From the IMG/VR virus record IMGVR_UViG_3300042901_002340: a DNA stretch of 64,000 bases. One strand, given 5' to 3'. Every line of letters starts with the position of its first letter. Position 1 is the stretch's first letter. This document shows positions 1 through 9,400 of this stretch, piece by piece. The notes beneath the pieces are model-generated. The model did not search any database, was not told the DNA's origin, and saw nothing but the letters and a program-made list of their open reading frames with translations. The position numbers and the translations under genes were made by a program. This DNA is from a virus (lineage: Duplodnaviria > Heunggongvirae > Uroviricota > Caudoviricetes).

Positions 1-3000
1 TTTTGAATATACTACAAGATCCAGTTTGATCTTTTCCAAACTGCCAAGTAACGGTCGGACTCTGACCTGCAGTTATTGTAGGTAGGATTGAAGCAGTAGG
101 AAGTCCGTTAGCGCCAAAGTCAACATAACCACCATATCCATCACAGGTTTTATAGAAAAGCCTTGGGCTTCCAATATTTGCAGTGCTTGTTTTAGAAACC
201 CACATAAGATCCACATACTGACAACCAGTTGCTCCAGTTGAGGTATTAGTAATAGTTCCACCAGAAGAAAGGATCTCGCCGGTTGAGAAATTAATATAGG
301 AGGTCACTGCTGTCGGCAGTCCTGTATCAAAAACAAGTCCTCTTATATAGCGAAGTTTTGGGTTATCTGAGCGATCATTGAGAAACACCCTGTAGTTTGT
401 TGTTGTACCGTCAGTATAAACTGGAATATAATCACGTGATAATGATGATGGAACTTTTAGATAAACAGCTCCAGCTGACAGTGGGTCAGGAAATACGGAA
501 TTTAAAAATCCACCAACATAAGTAATGGTATAGTTACTTGATATGTTAAATCCATATATTTTTTTAACAAGACCAACGGAGTATTTATATGATGGTACAA
601 TTGTCTCTGGCCCGATTATATTATGGTATATCGAAGCAGTAGAATCTATACTTCCGTCCGTATTAAGTCTTATAATACCTGGACAGGTGATTCCCTTATA
701 TCTACTAAACCTTCCACCAACATACACCTTATTTGCAAAACCAGGAGGAGTAATTGGGCTATAAATATCATAAACTGTATCATTAAATCCATTAGCATCT
801 CTAAAATTGGTATTAGCAAATGGCGATAACTGATGTCCTCCACTCGAAGTATTATCATAAAAAGTAACAATCCTTCTAAAAAAGCCACCATTTATCTCAA
901 TAAAATTACCGCCAGCCCAATAACTGCCTGTGGCAAAATTAAATCCTACTGTCATGAAAGCAAATTCAGCTAGGCTTGTGAGGGAATACGTAACGGTGGA
1001 AAATCCAATTGTAGTAATCTTAAGTCCTGTAGTTGAATCTATCTCTATCATGTGTTTGATTGGGAAATCTGTAGCACCTGTGGTATTCCTATATGCCGTG
1101 AAAGTACCTCCAACCATCAAATCACCAGTATTTCCGAAACACAAACAATATGGTTGATGATTGGGTCCAACAAAACCCGGTCCATTAGCGGTAGGGGTTA
1201 ATGACGGGAATGTACTTACACATTTACCTATATTACTTCCTCTCGCATGAATTTTTATAATTTTATTTCTAATTCTTGTAGTACTAGGCATCTCTTCATA
1301 TGTGGTAAAGGTACCAACAGCATATATAGAACTATCATCATCATATATAGCATTAAATACCGTTGAATTCGCAGAAAATCCAGACCTTTGATTAGCGCTA
1401 AAATTAAAGTCTTCCGTACCAAATAGTGAATCCAGACAAACGATTCCATATCGATTTAATCCGGGTGAAGTAATCACACTTCTCCATGCAAAGTTTCCAT
1501 ATACAAAAATTCTATCATTGTTACCATCATAAAGTATACCATTAACAGAGTTGACGTAACGCACATTCAATTGTGCAAGGTATCCTCTGAATTCCAAATC
1601 CATCTCTCCCGTTTGGTTAACCTTACATATACCTAGATTAGCCGTTGGATTTATCCCGACAGGAACACCATTATAATATTTAAAATTACCAACGAATATC
1701 ATACTTCCATCGTTTGTTTGTACCGCGCCATTTACAACAGCATTAAAACGATCATTACCCGTTAGAGAATTTGAAAATCCACTACCAAATATATTTAACG
1801 CTGATAAATAATCAAGACTCATATCAACAGCACCAACTTTATAACTACCTATAGTATCATCAGAAGCGCTACTATAAGCGGTTGGTGTTGCAATTATCAT
1901 ATCATTCTCCCAAACCGTATTTGAGGAAATATCAAAAACATCCCTTAGAGTTTCGGGTGCAAGAGATGTTCTATATTTTCTGGCGCTCAGACTCGTTGTT
2001 GGTTGTCTTACCTCATTTACTTTTCTAACGTGATAAGAAAAAGGTCCACCAGTTCCGCCTGTAAATCCTCCACTTGTACCAAAAACTGTCTGAGCCATAT
2101 TTCCACTGGAAACAGATCCCGACGGCTTTCCATATAAAACTGGATTTCCTGTATAATCATTAAATTCAAATGTTCTTATTGCATTAGAGGTTGTTCTAAT
2201 TGATATTCCATTCTCGTATGAGGGTGAGGTAGGATTTGAAGTCAATATGTACGTTGATGTTAGAGGGGAAGTTATGGTTACACCTCCCGTGTGATTAAAT
2301 GAACTACCATTTATCCGAAGATTCCCTGTTGCTACATCCAGAATACCGCCAACTCCAATACTTACATTACTAGAAAATACAAAATCTCCATTTCCATAAA
2401 TTCTAAAATCCCCCTGATTGTTTCTAAATGTGCAATAATCCGATGAAATAATAGTTCTAGCAAGACCACTATCTATTAGAAAATCATCATTGGCTGTTAT
2501 ATAGAATGATCCACCACTATCGAATTTTAATCCTGGATTATTACCAGTTGAATTCCAATAGAATGATGGGACATCACCAGAAATTGCTCCATTTTTGGAA
2601 AATGCCATCACTGGTCTATCAACCTGATCCAACGTTGAAACCAAAACCTTGGAATTATTAGGATTTGATTGTGAAGGGATAAGATCAATATCATTTATCA
2701 GAAGTGAAGTATTAGATGCACCTGTTATACCACCAGGATTCTTGAATCCTATGACGGACTTGTCATTTATACCACCAGGTCCCAGTATATTTGAATAGGA
2801 TTGGAAATATCTGGAATTTAAAAAAGAATAACCAGTATTAACCCAATTTAAGCCATCATAAATTTTTATATCACCATCACTTACCGAGTTATCTATCCAA
2901 ACATCATTTATAAATCTGATTGGTTCGGTTGGTTGTTTATACCACTGGGAAGCTCTGGATCCAGTATTACCCATTGCTCCTCTTTTACCTGCAGGTCCAT

Positions 3001-3142
3001 ATATGCCAGTTGCACCTCTAGGACCAGGATGTCCATCAGGTCCTATCGCAAAAGATAGAATCTGATCAAAATTATAATTGATTTTTCCTATTATCTCCTT
3101 CTCGGTGTCACCCTTAAATATGTATTTAGTATTAAAATGCAT
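1..3142 (-). CDS. Putative tail fibre/baseplate-attached protein (>1047 aa, runs off the left edge): gp9/gp10-like N-terminal anchor, short collagen segment, delta-60-like beta-propeller repeats
   Basis: Absent from the ORF track, consistent with no stop before the window edge. Hand translation from ATG at 3142: MHFNTKYIFKGDTEKEIIGKINYNFDQILSFAIGPDGHPGPRGATGIYGPAGKRGAMGNTGSRASQW. The same frame gives AVQTNDGSMIFVGNFKYYNG near 1730 and is still open at position 2. Paralogous to the next two genes. Confidence 0.85.
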   Translation of the reverse strand, partial: MHFNTKYIFKGDTEKEIIGKINYNFDQILSFAIGPDGHPGPRGATGIYGPAGKRGAMGNTGSRASQWYKQPTEPIRFINDVWIDNSVSDGDIKIYDGLNWVNTGYSFLNSRYFQSYSNILGPGGINDKSVIGFKNPGGITGASNTSLLINDIDLIPSQSNPNNSKVLVSTLDQVDRPVMAFSKNGAISGDVPSFYWNSTGNNPGLKFDSGGSFYITANDDFLIDSGLARTIISSDYCTFRNNQGDFRIYGNGDFVFSSNVSIGVGGILDVATGNLRINGSSFNHTGGVTITSPLTSTYILTSNPTSPSYENGISIRTTSNAIRTFEFNDYTGNPVLYGKPSGSVSSGNMAQTVFGTSGGFTGGTGGPFSYHVRKVNEVRQPTTSLSARKYRTSLAPETLRDVFDISSNTVWENDMIIATPTAYSSASDDTIGSYKVGAVDMSLDYLSALNIFGSGFSNSLTGNDRFNAVVNGAVQTNDGSMIFVGNFKYYNGVPVGINPTANLGICKVNQTGEMDLEFRGYLAQLNVRYVNSVNGILYDGNNDRIFVYGNFAWRSVITSPGLNRYGIVCLDSLFGTEDFNFSANQRSGFSANSTVFNAIYDDDSSIYAVGTFTTYEEMPSTTRIRNKIIKIHARGSNIGKCVSTFPSLTPTANGPGFVGPNHQPYCLCFGNTGDLMVGGTFTAYRNTTGATDFPIKHMIEIDSTTGLKITTIGFSTVTYSLTSLAEFAFMTVGFNFATGSYWAGGNFIEINGGFFRRIVTFYDNTSSGGHQLSPFANTNFRDANGFNDTVYDIYSPITPPGFANKVYVGGRFSRYKGITCPGIIRLNTDGSIDSTASIYHNIIGPETIVPSYKYSVGLVKKIYGFNISSNYTITYVGGFLNSVFPDPLSAGAVYLKVPSSLSRDYIPVYTDGTTTNYRVFLNDRSDNPKLRYIRGLVFDTGLPTAVTSYINFSTGEILSSGGTITNTSTGATGCQYVDLMWVSKTSTANIGSPRLFYKTCDGYGGYVDFGANGLPTASILPTITAGQSPTVTWQFGKDQTGSCSIFK

Positions 3143-3150
3143 CTTTTTTA

Positions 3151-4833
3151 TTAATTTGCTATTGAATTATAAGTTGATATAACCCCACATTGTGGTGCGT
3201 TTAAAGTTCCTCCCCATGCTGAATAATAAACTCTGAACCATCTATTAGCAATAGACGTACCTCCAGATCCGGTCATATTTATTAAGGTTATATCAATATT
3301 TGCTGCATACCCATTTAATATCACTTCAGATTGATATCCTAGTGTTGAAGGAGGGGTTTGTTCCAGGTAATCAGTATTTAAGCCTATATATTTAAAGCAA
3401 CTTCCCGTTGCTCCTGGATTATCACTTCTAACAGTAAAACTTATAGCCTCGTAATTATCCAAAATATTTAACCATCCACCATTTTCACCACCAAGATAAC
3501 CACCGGTAGATGGGGTGAATATGGATATTCCTCTATTTCCAGGGGATGCAGACGGGGATTTTCCTATTATATAATCAGCACCATTATTAACATAAAAGCA
3601 TCCATTAATAAATCCGGTCGATGTTATGGATGGCACAATTGAAACCCAATTAACTGTACCTACTGATGTTGAACTACTTCCACTCTGTGTTAATTGTTGA
3701 GGTACCTGAACTGGTTTAACAATCTTATCCATATATGTTACACCATCACCGGTAACAGTAAATAGCTGATAATATGGTGAGTTTTGATATACATTCATAA
3801 GAACCGTATCTCTGACACCGGGTGAATTGTAGACATATCTAAGATTACCAGAATTTGTATCGCTCGAGATCAAATCCAAAGCATATCGACTCTCCGATGA
3901 TCTTGTTGTTACGTTTAATGAGGTATTTAGATAAAATCTATTAACATTCCATGCTACGTTTCTGGTTGAAAATAGGGCTTTACCTGTTCCAAGATCAAAA
4001 ATTATATTTTCCTTGGAGGTAAAACTTACCACATTTGGGGATGATGAAAGATAATTGAAACCAATCGAATTTATTAAGAATCTACCGGTGTTAGATTTTA
4101 TAGAGAAATATCCATTTGATGTCCCGGTTCCTCTTAGATTTATGTTAAGATAATCATTCTTCCATAATAAACCATAGGGTCCTCTTTCCGCGGTTGGTCC
4201 AGGATTCCAAAGAATTCTAGGAGTTCTTGCAGTGAAATTCGCATCACCTGCATAATCACCCTTGCTAAACTCCAGAAGATTCTTAGATGTATTGAGACTG
4301 TCTGTCGCAATTACGAATTTGGAATACTGAGGATTTGCATAGGAATTTTCCGAACCTGGTGAACCACTGGATAGATCAGTATCACTTATAACAACAGTAC
4401 AGCTAATTGGTGTTTGTGATGATATAAAATACCCCTTAAACGCACTTATTCCGTTTAAAGTTGATAATGGACCAAAAACGTCAAACAAGTCGGTTGATTT
4501 TATATTAAATCCGTAGTAATTCCACCCGGAATTTGATGAAAATTGATAAACAAGATTTTCGTCATTTACATCAAGCCAATAGTCTCCATCTATGGAAGAT
4601 GATATTGATGGCTGGCAAACACCAACGGTCCATATGGTTCCTCTGATACCCGAATTGCCATATGACCCAACCGGTCCAGGTGGTCCTTTTGGTCCAGGTG
4701 GTCCTTTTGGTCCAACCCTACCATATGGACCTCCACCAAAGGAAACCAATCTTTCAAAGTTGTAATTTAGCTTATCAGTTAGATTTTTTTGAGAATCACC
4801 GTCCTCTATTCTTAATAGTTTTATGAGAGCCAT
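3151..4833 (-). CDS. Putative tail fibre/baseplate-attached protein with short collagen segment
   Basis: 560 aa. GD..KLNYNF anchor motif resembling the T4 gp10 N-terminus, 11 Gly-X-Y triplets, then an RGT.W...GDYW module. Confidence 0.7.
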   Translation of the reverse strand: MALIKLLRIEDGDSQKNLTDKLNYNFERLVSFGGGPYGRVGPKGPPGPKGPPGPVGSYGNSGIRGTIWTVGVCQPSISSSIDGDYWLDVNDENLVYQFSSNSGWNYYGFNIKSTDLFDVFGPLSTLNGISAFKGYFISSQTPISCTVVISDTDLSSGSPGSENSYANPQYSKFVIATDSLNTSKNLLEFSKGDYAGDANFTARTPRILWNPGPTAERGPYGLLWKNDYLNINLRGTGTSNGYFSIKSNTGRFLINSIGFNYLSSSPNVVSFTSKENIIFDLGTGKALFSTRNVAWNVNRFYLNTSLNVTTRSSESRYALDLISSDTNSGNLRYVYNSPGVRDTVLMNVYQNSPYYQLFTVTGDGVTYMDKIVKPVQVPQQLTQSGSSSTSVGTVNWVSIVPSITSTGFINGCFYVNNGADYIIGKSPSASPGNRGISIFTPSTGGYLGGENGGWLNILDNYEAISFTVRSDNPGATGSCFKYIGLNTDYLEQTPPSTLGYQSEVILNGYAANIDITLINMTGSGGTSIANRWFRVYYSAWGGTLNAPQCGVISTYNSIAN

Positions 4834-4857
4834 CTATACAGTTTAATTATCTTAGAC

Positions 4858-4865
4858 TATATATC
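4858..4865 (-). promoter_or_regulatory. GATATATA putative late promoter
   Basis: About 25 nt upstream of ATG 4833. One of 9 such gene-proximal copies. Confidence 0.6.
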
Positions 4866-6462
4866 AAACTGTGAAAGATCCTCCAGAAGATCCTCCAGTT
4901 GGTCCAAATTGACCATAAGCCCTATAATAAACTGTTGTGGTACTTCCAGTTGCTCCTTTAATTATTGTGAAATCCACAGAAGTAGCTGGATTGTTACTCA
5001 TATCTACCTTTAAAACCACACCCGATGTTGTACCAACTCCAATCTTAGTAAATAAAGTATTATTACCGCTATTATACATGCCGTTATAAATCGGTATGTC
5101 AGGACTAGCATATACACTTATATCTATGGATTGTCCATTTTCAATTCCTCCTGGACCCCATAGGGATGATGATGGATCACTAAATAAACCAATTCCCCTT
5201 CCGTTATATCCTGATCCTAAAGATATTATGAAAGTGTTACCATTTCTAATAACAGAAGATTGAACTGGTCCTCCAGGTCTGGATATGAAATACCATTGTG
5301 AACCTGAACCATCAGGAAGGCCTCCAGAGTTCTGAAATGTGGGACTTTGATAACTTTGATATGTTACTCCACTTTTAATTTTTTTTGTTCTTATTTTACC
5401 CTTTGTGTTTATATAGAATTCTCTATCAGTTGCTGTTTCAAGAGAAACGTTATAAACATTTTTTGATATCGTATTAAATGTGTCAGCGGTTCTTTGTGTC
5501 CTTAACCCTGCAGTACCGCCAAAATTAATATCCACCGAAGGAAGGTTTCCAGTTGGATCTCCATTTACATCAACAGTACTTTTAAATGATGCATGGCCAC
5601 CCGTTATGCTTATATTATCACTAAGTATATTAAAATCGCCAATAGCTGGGGTTAATGACTGCATTTTAATTCCACCAGTAGCAGATATACCGGATCCTGA
5701 AGTAGCCCCATAATTTATATCAATTCCCGATCCAGTAGAAACATCGAAATTTTGGGAGCTGGAAGAAAAACCACCAGATGCACCTACTAGTAGTGAGCCA
5801 CCGGGAACATCAAACTTTAAACCATTGTCGGTTGGTGCCGAACTGGACCAAGAAAAAGTTGGGTGTAATGCATAATTACCAGGGTTAGCCAATATGATAT
5901 CACTTTTCATAAATTCAAGAAGCGCAGAAGGGTCCCCAGCACTATCAGTTGATATTAAGAATTTTGCTAATTTTTCATTTATTATACCAGACTCTGGAGA
6001 CCTATCAGAAATTATAAAAGTACAATTTTCTGGGGTTGGTTGATCAAATTTAACAGAAATTCCAGTTCCCCCGTTGGTAAAATATGAATCTACGTCATTG
6101 AATATGTTACCTGAAGACGATAAGCTATACCCACTATCGATCCATCCGGATGGACCAAATTGATAGATTTGGCTATCTGTATTATTTACCCAATAATCCC
6201 CGTAAACAACGGAATTACCTGATCCAAAAGGTGAAGATGGAGCTAAATCCTGTATAAACCATCTTGTTCCTCTAGGTCCATCATTACCAGTTGAACCAAT
6301 TGGCCCATTACTTCCAATTGCTCCTCTATCCCCACTTGGTCCAGTCTCACCAACTGATCCCCCATGAGACTCGACAATTTCGTCAAAATTGTTATTAATC
6401 TTATCTATAGCAAGATTCTGGCCGTCGCTATAATTTATAAATCTTATATTGGTTACTGGCAT
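4864..6462 (-). CDS. Putative tail fibre/baseplate-attached protein with short collagen segment
   Basis: 532 aa. KINNNFDEI anchor, 11 Gly-X-Y triplets, RGTRW...GDYW module. Paralog of the two genes to its left. Confidence 0.7.
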   Translation of the reverse strand: MPVTNIRFINYSDGQNLAIDKINNNFDEIVESHGGSVGETGPSGDRGAIGSNGPIGSTGNDGPRGTRWFIQDLAPSSPFGSGNSVVYGDYWVNNTDSQIYQFGPSGWIDSGYSLSSSGNIFNDVDSYFTNGGTGISVKFDQPTPENCTFIISDRSPESGIINEKLAKFLISTDSAGDPSALLEFMKSDIILANPGNYALHPTFSWSSSAPTDNGLKFDVPGGSLLVGASGGFSSSSQNFDVSTGSGIDINYGATSGSGISATGGIKMQSLTPAIGDFNILSDNISITGGHASFKSTVDVNGDPTGNLPSVDINFGGTAGLRTQRTADTFNTISKNVYNVSLETATDREFYINTKGKIRTKKIKSGVTYQSYQSPTFQNSGGLPDGSGSQWYFISRPGGPVQSSVIRNGNTFIISLGSGYNGRGIGLFSDPSSSLWGPGGIENGQSIDISVYASPDIPIYNGMYNSGNNTLFTKIGVGTTSGVVLKVDMSNNPATSVDFTIIKGATGSTTTVYYRAYGQFGPTGGSSGGSFTV

Positions 6463-6464
6463 AA

Positions 6465-9400
6465 TTATATTTTAGTTATTGCTAGATTAAATATTAATGA
6501 ATATAGATAATTATTATCAAGATTATATTCGAATGTATATATTAGATTACTTGATTTTGTTAATCTAAAATCAGACTCCTGATAATACTCATCCTCGTAT
6601 TTGGATGATGTTGTTATGTCACCTCTAACTAATAAAACATTATTAATTTGTTGCGCATTATTGACTGCCTCCTTTTTGCTATATAGATCCATATTTTCTC
6701 CCATATATAACGGTGAAACATTATTCATTATATAATCGGTAACATCATCGTCTATGGAATCAGGATTGCCAACACCAAATTCTGATATAATATTATCTAT
6801 AAAAATTTGTTTTATTCCGTCGTTAATTAGGTATCTAGTAAGCATCCTATCTAATCTTATTATACCTCTGACCTTATTTATATCAGGAAAATACTGCCAA
6901 ACTAATTCAGCATTAGGAAAAAGATTTAGATCTAGCTTATCATAATCTACCCCCGATGAATATGGATCAGGTCTTCCTATTCCGGTTCCAGAATTTGTAG
7001 TATCTATATATTGAACAGGTTTTATATATGAGTCTATCTGTGAATTTATAAGTGCAACGTCGGATGTACCATAACCTGATCCATTTCTAACTATCTCAAG
7101 AGTTATATAATTATCAAACTCTAAAGAATCCGGGGTTTTCATTATTTTTGATCCTAGAAATCCTTTATATTCCTTCATTGACCTGGTTCCAGCAACTCTC
7201 TCATACACGGTTGGACCTGTGAATCTTTCATAATACCCAGGATCCCAGGAGGAAGAGAAAACATTAAAATCCTTTCTCCATATCGGAGATTGTCCAACAA
7301 GTGGATAAACTGGACCTTCCGGTAGGTTCTGACTCAATGATAATATATTCTGATCGTTTGCAACCTTAGTAAAGGAAAGATTTCTAGATATACCAAAGTA
7401 TCTCTTATCCGGTGCAAAGTTACAATTTCTGAAAGATAAATCAAAAAAAGACGGATCATAGGAAACCTGTGATATTGTATCTGATTTATCCCTATCGAAA
7501 TGTATTATTTTTCTAAAGATAGGCTCATATCCACCAGAATATCTAAGAAGAGTTGATGGCAGATTCAAATTGGATTGTATAGTATATGCGGTAGGAACCG
7601 ATTCTCCTAGAGTTTGCGGACCTCCGTAATATTTACTTGATTTGGAACCTTTAGATTTTACTATTCTTGATGGTTTATCCATGCGTAATTCAAAATCATT
7701 ATAAATAATACCGCTGTCCTTGTGTGTTTCATATTGAATATATGATGATCCAGAATTTATTCTGGTAGAAATACCAGAAAGGGATATTCTCTGCAATATT
7801 GAACTATAATAACTAAACCCACCTGCTTTCTGAAAAACTGGTTTATTCCTGTATATTGACTGAGGACCAACAGGTATTATAACAGGATCAACAGCAGAGA
7901 AGCCCACAGTAAAGCTATACTCAGGTTTATATGGAGGGTCCGAACCAAAAATAGGAGTCTGTGGAGGAACTATTTTAGCAAAATCTAAATAATTTGGACC
8001 AACTCCAATCGGCCAAGGATATGTTACATACGGAGTAAATTTGGTAATATAAAAGCTAGCAGGTCCCGTAGCCGATGGACCCACAGTAGCGTCTGATGAA
8101 TTTTCACTATAGAATGTATGTATTTCTTCCCTTAAATCTGTGTCATATGTCGAACTTGGGATTATATTTATTCTTCCTCCCGTTGTTGTATTAACAACCG
8201 AGCCGGAACCAACAGAAAGATCCAATGCTGAACTTAATTTAATATCAGATATTTCATATAATCTAGAACCGCCAACCATAGGATACACCAATTTCTCCTT
8301 ATTATTAACTGAGTAAAGTAGAGTATAATCCAAAATTGGATCACCACCGGTTCCACCTGTGTAACCAACTCCCAGAGATTTATAATCTCTCATAACAATA
8401 TCACAAACAAATAGTATAAATCTTTGGCTCTGATTTTCTATTATTCTATATTTAACAGGATCCTGTATATTATCATCATCCTCCGATATTGGTCTTAATA
8501 TCGCAGCAAATTTATAATCCTCATAATTTCTATATTTCGGAATATATTTATCCAACGAATCTGCGACGCTATTAGAGAGATTTGACCTTTTTTTAAGAAT
8601 AATCTTAGCTCCCCTGAAAAGAGTCTCGTAGAAGCCACTAGATTTGTTATACGTGAACGTAGTAAACAATTCTTTGGTGTATGATCTATCATCTCTAAAT
8701 TCTTCAGGATAATCTGATGGTTCCACCGTAAAATATGATGCTAAATAATTGCCCGGACCCACAGCCTGTTCGAGATCTATCTTTCCGGGAAGATAACTAT
8801 TCTGATTCTTCATATATTCAATAGGAAAATTCCTAGGTGGCTGTTCAAGTAAAAACCACTCATGAGTAAGATATCTAGAATCGGCAATATCCTTATCAAA
8901 ACTTGGAGAAAAATTAGTTGGCGAAAAGGCAGGACTAGAATTCAATCTATACTGATTTCCTCTTGCGTCTATTCCATCGCTATAAGCCCACTTATTAATA
9001 AATGGAACTATCCTGGAAACATTAGATATATCAGGGCTGTAATTTTCATTGAGATACTCATACTCGGTCCCAAGTTTACCTCTATTAAATATTTCTATTT
9101 TTGATGCACCTGCACTGACAGGGTTTGGTGAGATGTCCTGGATTCCTATAAATCCATTGAATGTATCCAGGTCCCTATTGTATCCAACAGGACTTCCAGT
9201 AGCACCACCGTATATAATACTCGAACCTCTTGATGTATCTGATTGTGGAATATAAGAAATATCTGAGTACTCTGCGGGAATAACTACGAGCTCCTTAAAT
9301 AAATCAGGTCTAGCATTTTTTATTGATGTATATCCACTAGCACCATAAAAAAGATTGGAAGTTACCACAACTCCTGATTCTGCCTGTTGAGGATAAATCT

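Noticed and set aside
73-1449. Six small track ORFs at the left edge
   Set aside because: They lie within the long open - strand frame 3142..<1, which is the plausible gene.
1-6462. Diversity-generating retroelement or invertible cassette acting on the fibre genes
   Set aside because: No reverse transcriptase, recombinase or near-identical template/variable repeat pair was noticed. The paralogs are similar only at protein level.
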